Assembly: GCA_951406725.2 (NCBI GenBank)
Contig: OX597827.1
Coordinates: 40,610,001 to 40,674,000 of the forward strand
Source of the DNA: Octopus vulgaris
Taxonomy: Eukaryota
DNA length: 64,000 nt
Direction: 5' to 3'
Position 1 is the first letter of the stretch; each line of letters begins with the position of its first letter. Shown piece by piece: positions 28,879 through 43,105 of this stretch. The notes beneath the pieces are model-generated. The model had not been told where the DNA came from. It saw only the letters and a list, made by a program, of their open reading frames with translations, and made no database searches. The position numbers were made by a program, and so were the translations under genes.

Positions 28879-29214
28879 GGTGGTGGTGGTGGTGGTGCAG
28901 CTGCTGCTGCTGCTGCTGGCGATGGTGGTGGCGGTGCTGATGGTGGTGGTGGTGGTGGTGGTGATGTTGTTGGTGGTGATGTTCCCAATACTTCAAGCCG
29001 ACAGGGGACGAGGACCTCTATGGTAACGCTCTAGGGTCAAGAAACAGCAGCCAAATCGCTCACAAATTACAATCTGTTGTCTTGAGGGCGTTCGAGAAAA
29101 TAAAAAAAAACGGGCTGGTCATGACTGGAACGTCTTTGATCACTGATCTACTATATCAGAGTTCATCAATTGCTTAAAAAAAATAGAAAAAAATGACCAA
29201 GTCAGCATAAGTAC

Positions 29215-29349
29215 AGTGATGGTCGTGTGGTTAAGAAACTCGCTTTGCGACCAACTAGTTTCGGGTTCCGTCCCACTGTACGGCACTTTGGGAAAGTGTC
29301 TTCTACTATATAACCCCGGACCGATAAATAACTTGTGAGTATCTGTCTG

Positions 29350-29424
<75 letters not shown>

Positions 29425-29645
29425 GCATATGTATACAGGTAAATGTGTGTGTATGTGCGTCTGTGTTTGTGTTTCTCTCCCATTTACGATTGACAACCGG
29501 TGCTGGTTTGTTTACATCCCCGTAACTTGGCTCTTCGATAAAAGACACCGATTGTATAAGAATTGGGGGTCGATCTGTCAGAGTAAACCATTGAAAGCGA
29601 TGGCTCAACATGGACGCAGACCAATAACTGAAACATGTAAAAGAT
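29215..29645 (+). mobile_element. SINE-B, old diverged copy
   Basis: Head tggtcgtgtggttaag...; tail gactgaaacatgtaaaaga-like; internal (TCTA)n. Confidence 0.7.
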
Positions 29646-29969
29646 AATAGATAATGCTTTTTTTTTAGGGGCCAGGCATACATGACCCCATCACTGCATT
29701 TAATTTCCTATATAAAGACATGTATACGACTATAGTACCTAGTCCTATAAAGGACCTCCGTCGATCAAATGTTGACCACGCATCTGCACGTGCAAATCTA
29801 GCCAAGATTTTTTGAATAAAACTACGTATGCAAGTTTCACCCCACTCTCCACGCCATCGAGATTTACCCAAGGGAACCGCTTCCTTCTTGGACAGATGTA
29901 GCTTGACCAGTGCGACCCGTGTGACCAGTGTCGTAGCAGCTGTTGTTAGAAACCCGGAATAAATATTAG

Positions 29970-30275
29970 TTTCGAATTTTGGTACAAGGCCAGAAATTTC
30001 AGGGGACGGAGTAAGTCGATGTGATCAAATCCAGTGCTCAATGGGTACATAATTTATCGACCCCCGAAATGATGAAAAGCAAAATCAACCTTTTGGGGGG
30101 AGGGGGCTAGTCAATTAGATCGACACCAGTACGCAACTGGTATTTAATTTATCGACCTCGAAAGGATGAAAGGTAAAGTCGACCTTGGTGGAATTTGAAC
30201 TCAGGATGTAAAGACAGACGAAATGTCGCTAAGCATTTTGCCCAGTGTGCTAACGATTCTGCCAGCTCGCCGCCT
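29970..30275 (-). mobile_element. SINE-A with duplicated 3' part
   Basis: Homology to SINE-A; two consecutive type ii-like tails. Confidence 0.75.
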
Positions 30276-31186
30276 TTTGAGCCGGAATAGGTATTGCAAT
30301 GCATCTCGTCCGACATTCTGACAGTTTACACCAACACATTGCCTTGGACTGGATACCTTGTCTTTTTTTATTTATTGCCATCGATCCCGAAATGAAAGAA
30401 AAAAAGCCAAAGTTGACTTCGGCGAGATTTGAACTCACAGACGCCTTACTGCAAGGCATCTCGTCAGACGTAACAGTTCCGCCAATCCATTGTGCTTAAT
30501 TGGTATTTTATTTTATCGATTCCGAAATGAGAAAACTCAAAGTTGACCTCGGCGTGATTTGAACTCAGACAGTCGACACAAATATCAATCGCATCATTCT
30601 CCGGGGTTAAACTACAACAACAAAAATAACGGCACACGACGTTTATGCTGACCACAACGACGACTACCACCACAACTACTATAACCGCTACCGCTACCAA
30701 CCCGACCATAACCACAATCGCCAACATCAACATAGTAACAGTCGAATCAAGGGGTGAGTCTCTCTATGTGGTCGTTGAACATACTAGAAATAGCAGCCAA
30801 CGTAGTTTTATTAACAAGAAAGAATATATTGACATACGCAGCCGTTGATACACAGCCTTTTAAAATAAGGAAGGATCGCCACGACTATTGTGCTTTTAGT
30901 CGTATGACAGCTGGATCAGGGTTGACCTAGGGCTAAACAACAACAACAGTAAACTATGAACTGCTTGTCCATGATCCGCGCTACAACTGCCACAGCTCCT
31001 ACAACCATAAGGACTGTTGCCACTCCCATTGTTCATGACTTCAGAGCATAACCCACACCGCCGTGCGTTCAAATATTCTACACACAGAGGTAACTGTCAT
31101 TATATAACAGGTTCATTGTATGGAAAGAGCTAAAAATACCAATCGTCATCGTCATCGTCGTCGTCATTATTACCACCATCATCATC

Positions 31187-31244
<58 letters not shown>

Positions 31245-31415
31245 ACAACAATAACAACAGTAACAACAACAACAACAACACAATCATATATATGTGCGTA
31301 CATATATAGGCACGTATACCTATGTATATATGTATATCTATGCACATATATTTCCATATATATGTATGCATGTATATGTATATATTTATGTTTGTACGTG
31401 TATATGCATAAATAG

Positions 31416-31446
<31 letters not shown>

Positions 31447-31729
31447 ATGTGTGTGTGTGTGTGCGCGCATGTGTGTGTGTATGTGTGTGCGTATGTGCGT
31501 GCGTGTATACACACAGACAGATAATAGACACAATAAATACGTCTGTTTGTGAGTCTGTGCGTGTACTTGTGTGTGTGTGTGTGTGTGTGTGTGTGCTTGT
31601 GTGTGCGCGCGCGTGTGTGTGTGTACTTATGTGCACGTGAACACCAGTTTATTTTTCCGGGTCTATACGTGAAAGAGCTGTTGTGAATGTAGAAAGACCT
31701 TCTTGTTTGAAGACCGTGTGCACGCAAGC

Positions 31730-31769
<40 letters not shown>

Positions 31770-31976
31770 TGTGTACATGTACGTGCGTGTATGCGTGAGG
31801 AGGGAGATTTCTGCAGACAATGTGTACTTTTAAGAAGTTACCCTGACACGGTTGCTGGTTTGATGCGACTTCGCGGCACCTCAGGCTGGCATATCCTTGA
31901 ATTAATCAATCCCTTATGACTGAAATAAATTCGATAGATGGATACCGTGCAGAAGCTCGTCGTGAATACAAACAAA

Positions 31977-32008
<32 letters not shown>

Positions 32009-32122
32009 TACAGTTCAAAGTTCCACACAAAACAGGAAAAAAACCCCAATAAGCAAAAATAAAAGACCAACGGGGGAACAAACAGGATGTGTTAGTTTGA
32101 CGCTCAGGAAAAATGCAAGAAT

Positions 32123-32158
32123 CTTTGACGTTTCGAACCGACGCTTCTCTCCAGAAAG
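32123..32158 (-). ncRNA. Minimal hammerhead-like motif (A6G variant)
   Basis: Reverse complement cttt-CTGGAGA-gaagcgtcggttc-GAAA-cg-TC-aaag. Confidence 0.6.
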
Positions 32159-32211
32159 GAGTGAGGAGAGAAAACTGAAAAAAAAAAAAAAACTTTCCCC
32201 AGAAATTATGT

Positions 32212-32527
32212 TACTCTTTTACTTGTTTCAGTAACTTGACTGTGGCCATTCTGGGGCACCGCCTTTTAGTCGAGCAAATCGACCCCCAGGACTTATTCTT
32301 TGCAAGCCTAGTACTTATTCTATTGGCCTCTTTTGCCAAACCGCTTAGTTACGGGGACGTAAACACACCACCATCAGTTGTCAAGCGATGTCGGGGGGAC
32401 AAACACAGACACACAGACATACACCCCCCCACACACACACACAAACACATATATATACATATACACGACGGGATTCTTTCAGTTTCCGTCTACCAAATCC
32501 ACTCACAAGGCTTTGGTCGGCCCGAGG
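32212..32527 (-). mobile_element. SINE-B, 5'-truncated
   Basis: Homology to 13686-13995. Confidence 0.85.
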
Positions 32528-32543
32528 TGAAACACGAACTAAA

Positions 32544-32576
<33 letters not shown>

Positions 32577-32589
32577 GTTTATCCGATTA

Positions 32590-32870
32590 ACAAAACAGCC
32601 GGCTCATGAAATTTATGTGCAGGTGGCTGAGCACTTCGCGGACACGTGTACCCTTAACGCAGTTCTCATGGAGATTCAGCATGGCACAGACGGTGACAAA
32701 GCCAGCCCTTTGATTTTACAGGTATAACTCACTTTTGATAGCTAAGTGGACTGGAGTAACGTGAAATAAAGTGTCTTGCTCAAGGACACGTCACCCCCAC
32801 AAGGAATCGAACTCGCGACCTTACGTCCATGAGCCACCTACTCTAACCACTAAGCCACGCAGGCGCCTTC
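32590..32870 (-). mobile_element. SINE-D head/centre with a distinct tail
   Basis: Reverse complement gaaggcgcctgcgtggcttagtggttagag...gttcgattcc...cttgagcaagacactttatttcacg. Confidence 0.7.
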
Positions 32871-32898
32871 ACACTACTACTGCTGCTGCTGCTGCTAA

Positions 32899-32960
<62 letters not shown>

Positions 32961-33294
32961 TAGTAGCACGTATTACAAACAATCGCAATAAACCTGCCAC
33001 TAACACAATAACACCAACGCAACAACAGGGCCAGTGGGTTGAGATTGTGCTCGATCCGCTAGAAACAGATATCTACCCAACCGTGAACATACTTCCTAAT
33101 ACGTAAATGTGGTCAATCTGGTACAAAATGATTGCAGATTTGGCTGCTCATTTTAACATGTCGAGCGACCGGCCGTCGTAGGGCAACCGTTTCCAAACTT
33201 TCTACTACCAAGGAGGTCTACAACAGGCTTCTTTCAGTTTTCGTCTACTAAATCCATGTGGTTGGGTGGCAAGCTTCTTACCACACCGCACGTC

Positions 33295-33335
<41 letters not shown>

Positions 33336-33578
33336 GTATGTATATAATATATATATTCTTTTATTCTTTTGTTCTTTTATTTGTTTCAGTCATTTGACTG
33401 CGGTATGCTGGAGCACCGCCTTTAGTCGAGCAAATGGACCCCGTGACTTATTCTTTGTAAGTCTAATACTTATTATATTTGTCTTTTGCCGAATTGCTAA
33501 GTTACGGGGATGTAAATACACCAACATCGGTTGTCAAGCGATGGTGGGGGGACAAACACAGGCACACAAACATATACT

Positions 33579-33629
<51 letters not shown>

Positions 33630-33707
33630 AATTCAAAAACACAGAGGAAAAGAGAAAAACAAATAAACGTTTGGTTGTGGCACAAACAGAGAAAGAAAAG
33701 AGTTGAA

Positions 33708-33742
33708 GTTTTACGTTTCGAGCATAGCTCTTCTTCGGAAAC
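33708..33742 (-). ncRNA. Minimal hammerhead-like motif (U4C variant)
   Basis: Reverse complement gttt-CCGAAGA-a-gagc-tat-gctc-GAAA-cg-TA-aaac. Confidence 0.65.
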
Positions 33743-34671
33743 AGGAAGAAACAAGGAAGTCCAAGACGAAGGAGGAAAAAAGAAAAAAATCATCGCCAAC
33801 AATCTCGTGCGGTTACATTTTTGAAGTGACCTGAATTAGGAATAAAGAGAAAATGCTTTCTGGCACAGGAGAGTGCGAAAATGGTCAGTATGCGTGCGCG
33901 CGTGTGTGGTAGCGTGTGTATGTATGGTAGCACGTTCGTGTGTAGCCGTAACTGCGTGCGTATATTTGCGTGCGTGGTAACGTGTGTGCTTGTGGTGGTA
34001 ACTGTGTATGTGTGTGGTGCGTCTGCCTAGTAGCGTGCGGTAGCGTGTGTGTCTGTGTGTTTGTGTTTATGTGCATATTCTATGCGTGTTTGCGTGCGTG
34101 CGTATGTGTGTGCGCGTGCGGTTATGTGTGTACGTGTATGGATATGTGTCTGTGTGTTCTTATGCGGTTGCGTGTGTGCTTGTGCGGGGTGGTGGTGGTG
34201 CTGTGTGGTATAGGAATATGAAAAATAAGAAATACAAATAAATAGAGAAAAATAAAAATTATATAAATAATACATAATAAAATTAACAAATAAATAATGA
34301 AAAATAAAAGTTAGTAATAATAAAGAATGAAAAGGATTAAGTGAATAAATTAGCAACAACAAAAATTCGGTAATAGAAATAAATAAAAATAAAAAAAATT
34401 ATTTATAAAATTATTTAAAAAGTTATTTAAAATTTTTTTTAAATTATAACATTATTATTTAAAAAATTAGTTAAAATTATTTAAAAATTATAAAAATATG
34501 ATAAAAATAATTAAAAATTTTTTTAAATAATACAAAATAAAAATTTTAAAAATAATAAAAAATATAACAAAGATAAACGAATAAAAGTGAATTAAAAAAC
34601 AGGTTAAAAAAGGTTGAGTAAGAATTTCTTTTTGAAAAAAGTGGGGAAAGTCACTGTGAGGAGGAGCTTGT

Positions 34672-34925
34672 GTTGAGTCCGAAAGGAATTTGGGTTCGTA
34701 GAGTAAAAATGTAACGCTGTTAAAGTTGATGGATCCGTGGTCGGCCAAGCGAAAATGATTGGTGACGGGGGTGTTCTTGCGTAGACGAACATCTAGTAGG
34801 TGTTAGGTGAACCGATCGGCTAGCCGGTGGCCCATCCGACCAACGTAAAGTTTATTGCAAAGATTGCACCTGATGCAGTAAATTAGGCTTGAAGAAATGC
34901 TGGAGAAGGAGTTCCTAATGTAGAG
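34672..34925 (-). pseudogene. GIY-YIG endonuclease fragment of a Penelope-like element
   Basis: Translates [62 protein letters not shown], and later IPFGLN. LIY...CxxC...YVG...R...H...HF and P-GLN are typical PLE motifs. Confidence 0.85.
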
Positions 34926-34935
34926 AGTGTGCTGA

Positions 34936-35016
<81 letters not shown>

Positions 35017-35017
35017 G

Positions 35018-35085
<68 letters not shown>

Positions 35086-35096
35086 ATTATATAGAA

Positions 35097-35150
35097 GGAG
35101 TTCTACAGGACTAGAACTGTTTCATTCAAGAGAAATCTTCAGGAAGCTCC
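35097..35150 (-). ncRNA. Type I hammerhead ribozyme (left arm)
   Basis: Reverse complement ggagcttc-CTGAAGA-t-ttc-tctt-gaa-t-GAAA-cag-ttctagtc-ctg-TA-gaactcc. Confidence 0.7.
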
Positions 35151-35194
35151 TGAAGATTTCTCTTGAATGAAACAGTTCTAGTCCTGTAGAAGCT
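35145..35194 (+). ncRNA. Type I hammerhead ribozyme (right arm)
   Basis: agctc-CTGAAGA-tttctcttgaat-GAAA-cag-ttctagtc-ctg-TA-gaagct. Stem III ACAG/CTGT, GUA site. Confidence 0.7.
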
Positions 35195-35277
35195 CCTTCT
35201 ATATAATAAATTAATTTTACTCTGCTATGTATTGAGTACCTTATTTACTGTGGTTAACCCCGAATCAACCCGGGACC

Positions 35278-35443
<166 letters not shown>

Positions 35444-35466
35444 TGTATATATATATATATATATAT

Positions 35467-36011
35467 ACGACGGGCTTCTTTCAGTTTCCGGCTACCAAAT
35501 CCATTCACAAAGCTTTGTTCGGCCCGAGAGGCTATAGTAGAAGATACTTGCTCAAGGTGCCACACAGTAGGACTGAACCCGGAATCATGTGGTTGGTAAA
35601 CAAGCTTCTTACCACACAGCCACGCCATATATTCTTTTACTTGTTTCAGTCATTTGACTGCGGCCATGCTGGAGTACCACCTTTAGTCGAGCAAATCGAC
35701 CTCCAGGACTTATTCTTTGTAAGCCTAGTACTTATTCTATCGGTCTCTCTTGTGGAACCGCTATGTTACGGGGACGTAAACACACCAGCATCGGTTGTCA
35801 AGCGATGTTGGGGGGACAAACACAGACACACAAACATGTGCATACACGTATATATATATACACGACGGGCTTCTTTCAGTTTCCGTCTACCAAATCTACT
35901 CACAAGGCTTTGGTCAGCTCGAGGCAACAGTGGAAGACACTTACCCAAAGTGCTACGCAGTGGTTCTGAACCCGGAACCATGTGGTTGGTAAGCAAGCTA
36001 CTTACCACACA
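35467..36011 (-). mobile_element. Two tandem SINE-B copies (35632-36011 near full length; 35467-35625 5' half)
   Basis: Homology to 13686-14098. Confidence 0.85.
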
Positions 36012-36110
36012 GCGTGTGTGTATATATATATCCACACACACTTTTGATTATACATCTGCTTAATCATGGTTGACCAGGGGCTATACAATAACAGCAATAG
36101 CATGAACAAC

Positions 36111-36183
<73 letters not shown>

Positions 36184-36709
36184 GTTAGTAGTAGTAGTAG
36201 TAGTAGTAGTAGTGGCCCCTCGACATTCTAAGAAATAGTTGTTAAATATCCTTCGAATTACAATTGGCTGCTTCAAAAAAGGGATGGACATTTAAGGTAA
36301 AACGGGGATCTTTAGTTCCAGATCAGTCACCTACGATCAACAGTGCTCCAAACGTGACCATCCAGTCTGTCCTTTTCAGATATTGTGGATGATGGATCTA
36401 CGATCTACGACTACGTTATCCAATGTATTATATATTTTGAAAGTTTGTCGAGAACGATTCGGAGGTAATTCAGCTGTTATTTCTAGCAAGTTCTAGCGAC
36501 CATGCAAAAAGTTCATTATTGGTGATGAATAAGAACTACTGTTTTCGTCTGGGCGAAGTTAACAGTTTGTCGTCGTATCAGTATAACATCGAATAACCAA
36601 ACCATCCGATTGAGGTTTGAGGCTCGAATTCTGGGTTGTCTTCATGCTCGGATTAAACATTAAACAACATAAAGCATGTTCTTAGCGCACGAAAGTGCCA
36701 GACCATATA

Positions 36710-36723
36710 GTTTCTTTCTTCCT

Positions 36724-36758
<35 letters not shown>

Positions 36759-36799
36759 CCCATCATGTTTTTCTTTCTTCCTGTCTTTCTTTTTCTATC

Positions 36800-36838
<39 letters not shown>

Positions 36839-37083
36839 TTTTCTTTCTTTCTTTCTTTCCTCCCTTCCTTCTATCTTTGTTTTGTCTTCTATTCTTCCTT
36901 CTTTCCTTCCTGTCTTTCTTTGTTTTATCTTTTCTTTCTTTTTTCCTTCCTTTCTTTTCGTTTTCTTTTTTTCTTTCTTTCTTTTTTCTTTCCTTCTTTT
37001 TTCCTCCGTTCTTCCTTCTTTCCTTTCTGTCTTTTATCTCTTTCTTTCTTTTTTCTTTTTCTTTCTTTCTTTCTTTCTCTCGT

Positions 37084-37146
<63 letters not shown>

Positions 37147-37148
37147 CT
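36710..37148. repeat. Degenerate (TTTC)n polypyrimidine tract
   Basis: Direct inspection. Confidence 0.9.
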
Positions 37149-37505
37149 CCTGCTGATTTCACCATGATGCATAAGTTAAATATTAACATATTTTGTATCA
37201 AATTTTTTTTTTACCAAAATAAAGAAATAAATAAAAAAATTTCTTTTCTGTTGCTCCAGTTGGTCAGGATACAATGTCACCATTGCATTACTTCATGATA
37301 TTTTGTGTTAGATAAAATTAAAAAACAAACAAGCAATCAAAAAAAAAAAGCAAGTTATATTTAATATAATTTTGGAAGTCTGGTCTGGAATGGAACTGAA
37401 CTAATCTGGTTATTTAATTTGAGAAACGATGGAAAATTTGAGGTGGTACTATTGTTGGAATGTATTTAAGGTATCTGGTCCTGGTTTGGTCCACTGTCAA
37501 TTTGT

Positions 37506-37735
37506 ACGAGGGTGGTGGGGGCTGAAAAGTTCTTGGCTTTGAGTAAAAGAAAATACCGGAGGATCGGTTAATTATGATTTTATTTAACATATTCCCCTCT
37601 CAGATCCACACACTTATTGCAGCAGTCCTTCAGTTTTTCTAAGCCCTGTAAAAGAACTCGGGGAAAGTTGGGCCTCCAGCCAGGCCTTTCGCGACATCCT
37701 TAAAGCCAGGAACTTTTCAGCCCCCCCCCCCCCGA
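37506..37735. mobile_element. Mariner-type MITE
   Basis: TIRs gggctgaaaagttcttggcttt / aaagccaggaacttttcagccc. Confidence 0.8.
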
Positions 37736-37807
37736 ATGATGCATGTATCACAACCTCGTGATGACAAATCGCTGTCATGGTGACATCATTATGATGTTGA
37801 TCAACAA

Positions 37808-38040
37808 GGCGGACGAGCTGGCAGAATCGTTAGCACGTCGGGCGAAATGCTTAGCAGCATTTCATACGTCTTTACGTTCTGGGTTCAAATTTCGCCGAGG
37901 CCGGTTTTACCTTTTATCCTTACAGAAAACGATAAAATATGTACCGGTTGAGCACTGGGGCGGGGGGTGGGGGTGGGGGGTAATCGACTTACCCTCTCCC
38001 CTCACTGAAATTTCCAGCCTTGTGCTAAAATTTGACACCA
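37808..38040 (+). mobile_element. SINE-A (tail type ii)
   Basis: Homology to SINE-A head/body. Confidence 0.8.
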
Positions 38041-39234
38041 TTATGATGCTGACTGGTATTTACTGATGTTTATCTTAATAATATATCTTCCTTGTATATA
38101 ATTAGAACAACGTTTAGAATCTTTTATCTTTAATCTTTTGCTTGTTTCAGTTATTGGACTGCGGCGATGCTGGGACACTGCTTTAAAGGGTTTCGTACTT
38201 TTTTTTTCTAAACCTGTTACTTATTCTATCTGACCCTTTTCCAAAACCGCTAAGTTATGCATAGGTGGATGATGGATCTACGATCTACAACACCGTTTGT
38301 CAAGCAGTGGTAGGGGACAAATCCACGTGTAAGGTTTCTTTATTCTTTTACTCTTTTACTTGTTTCAGTCATCTGACTGTGGCCATGCTGGAGCACCGCT
38401 TTTAGTTGAGCAAAAAGTATTTCACGTGGCGCGCTAACGTTTCTGCCGGCTCACCGCCTTCTGCCAGCTCTTCCCCAATATTTTTAAAGTTTATTGTTGA
38501 ATTGACTTAAGAGAAGATCATATCGTACGAAATTTCATTCAATATTATAAACTTTAAAATTAACTTTGTAATTATTTGTTTAGAAAGATATATCCAAATT
38601 ACTCTGATATTTGAAAGTCCATATTTCGAATTTGTTTAAATTGATATATCAAATTTAACGTTCTGCTAATATTTTAAGGTCTCTTCTACAACTAACTGGT
38701 TGTTGATTGTTTTCGATATAGCAACCTCCCTTGGTAATCGATTCCACTTTGCATTAAATGATAATGGCCAACAGGAACGTTTGTCTCGTTAGTTTCTTGC
38801 ATGGCTGATATAAATCTATGTAAGATGGCTGCCGGAATTCTTGTTGCCGACTGACCGAATTTCAAGTTGTCGTTTATCTTTTTTTTTATTTTATTCGAGT
38901 TGACATTTTCAGTTATTCATGTTAAAGTGACATAACATTACATTAACATGAAGTTAGAGCAACATAGCTTTGTAGAAATTTAACGTTATCATGACATAAA
39001 ATTACGATGACATGGATATCATAAAGATATAACGTTAAAATGACAGTACCTTCGTCGTATAACGTTTTAGTATTATTAAATTAGAGAGCGTGAGAGAGAG
39101 TGAGAGAGAAAGAGAAAGAGGGAGAGAGAGAGCGTGTGTGCGTGTGCATATATATATTATACACACATTTTGAACTCGTAATGTAGAGTACCGAAAGAAA
39201 TACTGTATGGCGTTTTCCGATTCACAAAACGTTT

Positions 39235-39468
39235 CTTATTTCTTGATTGCACACAAGGGGCTAAATACAGAAGGAACAAACAAGGCCAGACAAAGGAATT
39301 AAGTCGATTACATCGACACCAGTGCGTAACTGGCACTTAATTTATCGGCCCCGAAAGGATGAAAGGCAAAGTCGACCTCGGCGGAATTTGAACTCAGAAC
39401 GCAGCGGCAGACGAAATACCGCTGAGCATTTCGCCCGGTGTGCTAACGTTTCTGCCAGCTCGCCGCCT
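39235..39468 (-). mobile_element. SINE-A (tail type i)
   Basis: Reverse complement homologous to 6859-7090; flanked by gattcacaaaacgtttct / gattctcaaaacgtttct (probable TSD). Confidence 0.85.
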
Positions 39469-40327
39469 TGATTCTCAAAACGTTTCTGCCAATCTGCCAC
39501 CCTAGCGGTGTGTATTATAATGACATAAACATTATGGCGATGCAATGTTACTGAGATAAATTACATTATTGTACTATATCTTATGGCAAAGCTTTATAGT
39601 GATATATTATAACGACATACCATTATAATAGAACATTATCGTAACGTTGTGGTTGTGGTGACATAACCCTATAATTACAACGCTACTGTGACATATTTTT
39701 AGAGGTACGAAACTGTGAAAGGATGCATGAGTGTATGCATGTGCTTGCGCTACTTATAAAGAAACATCCAATGTGTACAAGCGATAGAACATGGGAGTAG
39801 AATTTGGCGTCACAAATACTGTCCTTTAGAAAATGTACGAAATGCATTTTATAAATGCAATCATTAACACCGGTTGCTGGAACGTTAAACAGATAAGAAA
39901 TGAGTGTTCTCTGTAGATGTGATATTATTTGGCCTTTGCAGCCCCATTCCAGTTGACGTCAGCTTTGGGAATGGATATGATATTGGGCTGTCAGCTACTA
40001 GATCTTAAGTTCAAATGTTATAAATATTTTGTTGGGATTTGCCTTTTCTCTCTCTGCTTCTTTCTCTCTGTCTCTTTCTCTGTTTCTGTCTGTCTGTCTG
40101 TCTCTCCTGCTTTTTTTTTTCTCTGTCTCTCTTACTTTCTCTCTCTCATCTGCTTTTCCTCTCTCTCTCCGGCTTTCTCTCTCACTCCTGCTCCCTCTCT
40201 CTCCTACTCCCTCTCTCTCCTACTCCCTCTCTCTCCTACTCCCTCTCCCTCTCCTGTTTTTTCTCTCCTTCCTGCTTTCTGTGTGTGTGTGTGTGTGTGT
40301 GTAAGTATGTATGTAGATGTGTGTGTA

Positions 40328-40361
<34 letters not shown>

Positions 40362-40387
40362 GTGTGTGTGTGTGTGTGTATGTGGTG

Positions 40388-40770
40388 CAGGCATGGCTGT
40401 GTGACGAAGAAGCTCGTTTTGCAACCACATAATTTCAGGTTCAGTAATCAGACTGACCTTGTAAATGAATGTGGTAGTAGGAAACTGCAGAAGCCCGTTG
40501 CTCACACGCACGCACAAACATACACACACACACAGGGGTATGTATTTGTGTTTCTATATGTGTCTGTGTTTGTGTGTTCGTATTTGTCCTAACCATCGCG
40601 ATCTCCTGTAACACAGCGGTTCGCCAAAAATAAAAAATCTAATAGAATAAGTACCGCACTTTAAAGAAAACTTAAGTAATGGGGTCAATTCGTTTGACTA
40701 AAACACTTCAAGCCGGTGCGCCTAGATGGCTGCCGTCCAATGATTGACACAGGTACAAGATAAAACATAA
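40388..40770 (+). mobile_element. SINE-B, old diverged copy
   Basis: Partial head, centre and tail homology. Confidence 0.6.
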
Positions 40771-41204
40771 AGTGGTAGGTTGTTGAAGGGAAGGTAAAGT
40801 CAGATGAAATAGACTGGCGTCCTATCCAGTCGCGAAGGTCTTCATTTCGCGACAGTTGTTTTAGGCTAGCCTGAAATTTTATTCAGGAGAGGAGGTTTAT
40901 TTACTATCATCCTGTTTAACTGAATATAACTTCTGCATGGAAGCTGTTCTTGAAAATGCAATCCTTTAAGCAGAATTTTTTCCAATCCGGTGGGGATGGG
41001 AGTAGGGGGTATTTGAGTAAACTGGCCTGGTTGAACCCGTGATCATGCAACAGCAGTTTAATAACATAATGTACTCTGTTGTGGTTCAACAAATTAACCA
41101 AATCAAACCGGAAACCATTAGAAGTTTCAGAGAACTAAATATAGAAAACTCGGGATTACCCCCACAAATTCCAATGCTTTTTGGCAACACACATATATAC
41201 ATAC

Positions 41205-41261
<57 letters not shown>

Positions 41262-41346
41262 ATATATATATATATGTGTATATATATATATATATACATA
41301 CAAATATATGAATATATACATATATATATATACTTATATATATACA

Positions 41347-41400
<54 letters not shown>

Positions 41401-41402
41401 TA

Positions 41403-41453
<51 letters not shown>

Positions 41454-41795
41454 CATGCATATATATATATATATATATATCGCGATGGCGGATGTTTTGT
41501 TTGAACAATCAAATCTGGGTCAATAGTAAAAGCTGGTCTCTTATAAAGTCTTACGTCCATTAAAATCAACGTCATCGAGTTAATCTACTCGGAAAATAAC
41601 ATAATAAAAAAACGAAAAAAAATCATGATCACCAACCTGGATCATTCGTCATCGTCATCATCATCATTGTCGTCTGTATTACCACCACCACCCCAGGGCT
41701 TATTTTTTCAGCCCAGTACTTACTCTATCGGATTGGTAGTGGGTGAGAAAAGCAAACAGGTAGATAGATAGTACATACATACATACATACATACA

Positions 41796-41877
<82 letters not shown>

Positions 41878-42035
41878 CATATACGGGCTTCTTTCAGTTT
41901 CTGTCTACCAAATACACTCACAAGGCTTGGTCGTGCCGAGGTTATAGAAGACACTTATCCAAGGTGCCATGCAGTAGGACTAAAACTGGAACCATATGGT
42001 TGGGAATCAAACTTCTTACAACACAGATACGCCCG

Positions 42036-42079
<44 letters not shown>

Positions 42080-42167
42080 AATCAAAAAAAGAACAAACAC
42101 AAAAAAACCACAACAACGCGACGACGTGGCACGTGTAAAGTATTACCAGACACTCAGGGAAGGAAAG

Positions 42168-42203
42168 GTTGAACATTTTGAGCAGACGCTCTTCTTCAGA
42201 AAC
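42168..42203 (-). ncRNA. Decayed minimal hammerhead in a PLE-type island (42077-42280)
   Basis: Reverse complement gttt-CTGAAGA-a-gagc-gtct-gctc-AAAA-tg-TT-caac; flanks homologous to 33626-33830. Confidence 0.55.
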
Positions 42204-42315
42204 AGAGGGAAGTCCAATAGAAAGGAAGACGGAGGAAGAAAACCGCCAACGATTTACATGTGGTTACATTTTGAAATGTATATATATTAAAGATTCGTAG
42301 GTAGTGGTACTTCGT

Positions 42316-42357
<42 letters not shown>

Positions 42358-42360
<3 letters not shown>

Positions 42361-43105
42361 GCTGGATAAAATAATGGAAACACCTTAAAATTTCAAACAA
42401 ATTTCCAAGATATAGCCTCCCCTCCCCTCCTCCAGTTTAACTCCCCCTCCTCCATGTTTAACACTTGAAAGAAGACAGTCTGCGTCAAAGGCTTCTTTTG
42501 GCTGTCTCCACACGTATACTCGGCCGGTGGTCGGAAATAAGGGAAAGGATGACTCGTCCGAGAAAATAACATTCTTACACTGCTCTAGGGACCAATTCTG
42601 TAGGTTTTTACTCCACTCTAAACGCTATGCAACGGATGTTTTTGAAAGTAGTGGTTTTCTGATTGCAGCCCTCCCATGAAATCCGGCTTTGTACAGCTCC
42701 CGGCGAACAGTTTTTGTAGAACTGGGTTCTCGAGATGGTTATTAAGCTCTGCTATAATTTTGTGATGCTTTCTAACAATTCGCGTAAGAATTTTGGTTTT
42801 TTTCCGGAATTTTGCTTCGACGAGGAGGTTTTTCCCACTTTCTCAACGGCTGTTATTATCTTCGAGACAGTACTTCTTGATATACCAAACATTTCGGCTG
42901 TTTTTGTTACGCTAGCGCCTGCCATACGAGCACCAACAATTTCACCTCTTTGAAAGTCCGATAGATCTATCATTTTAATGAATTTCAATTACCTTTTTCT
43001 GATGATATCTGAAAAGAAACAGCAATTTTAGCTTTTGACGGTTTTATAGATATTTCAAAATTATGATGCTATGATGCTAGGTGATTCCATTATTTTGACT
43101 AACCA

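Larger units (their letters stand above)
33626..34938 (-). mobile_element. 5'-truncated Penelope-like element (GIY-YIG end, 3' region, HHR)
   Basis: GIY-YIG remnant followed on the same strand by low-complexity tracts and an HHR; (TA)n on both flanks. Confidence 0.75.
35083..35210. repeat. ~128-bp palindrome in (TA)n
   Basis: tttattatatagaaggag...aatcttcagga-agc-tcctgaagatt...ctccttctatataataaa; one indel between the arms. Confidence 0.95.
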
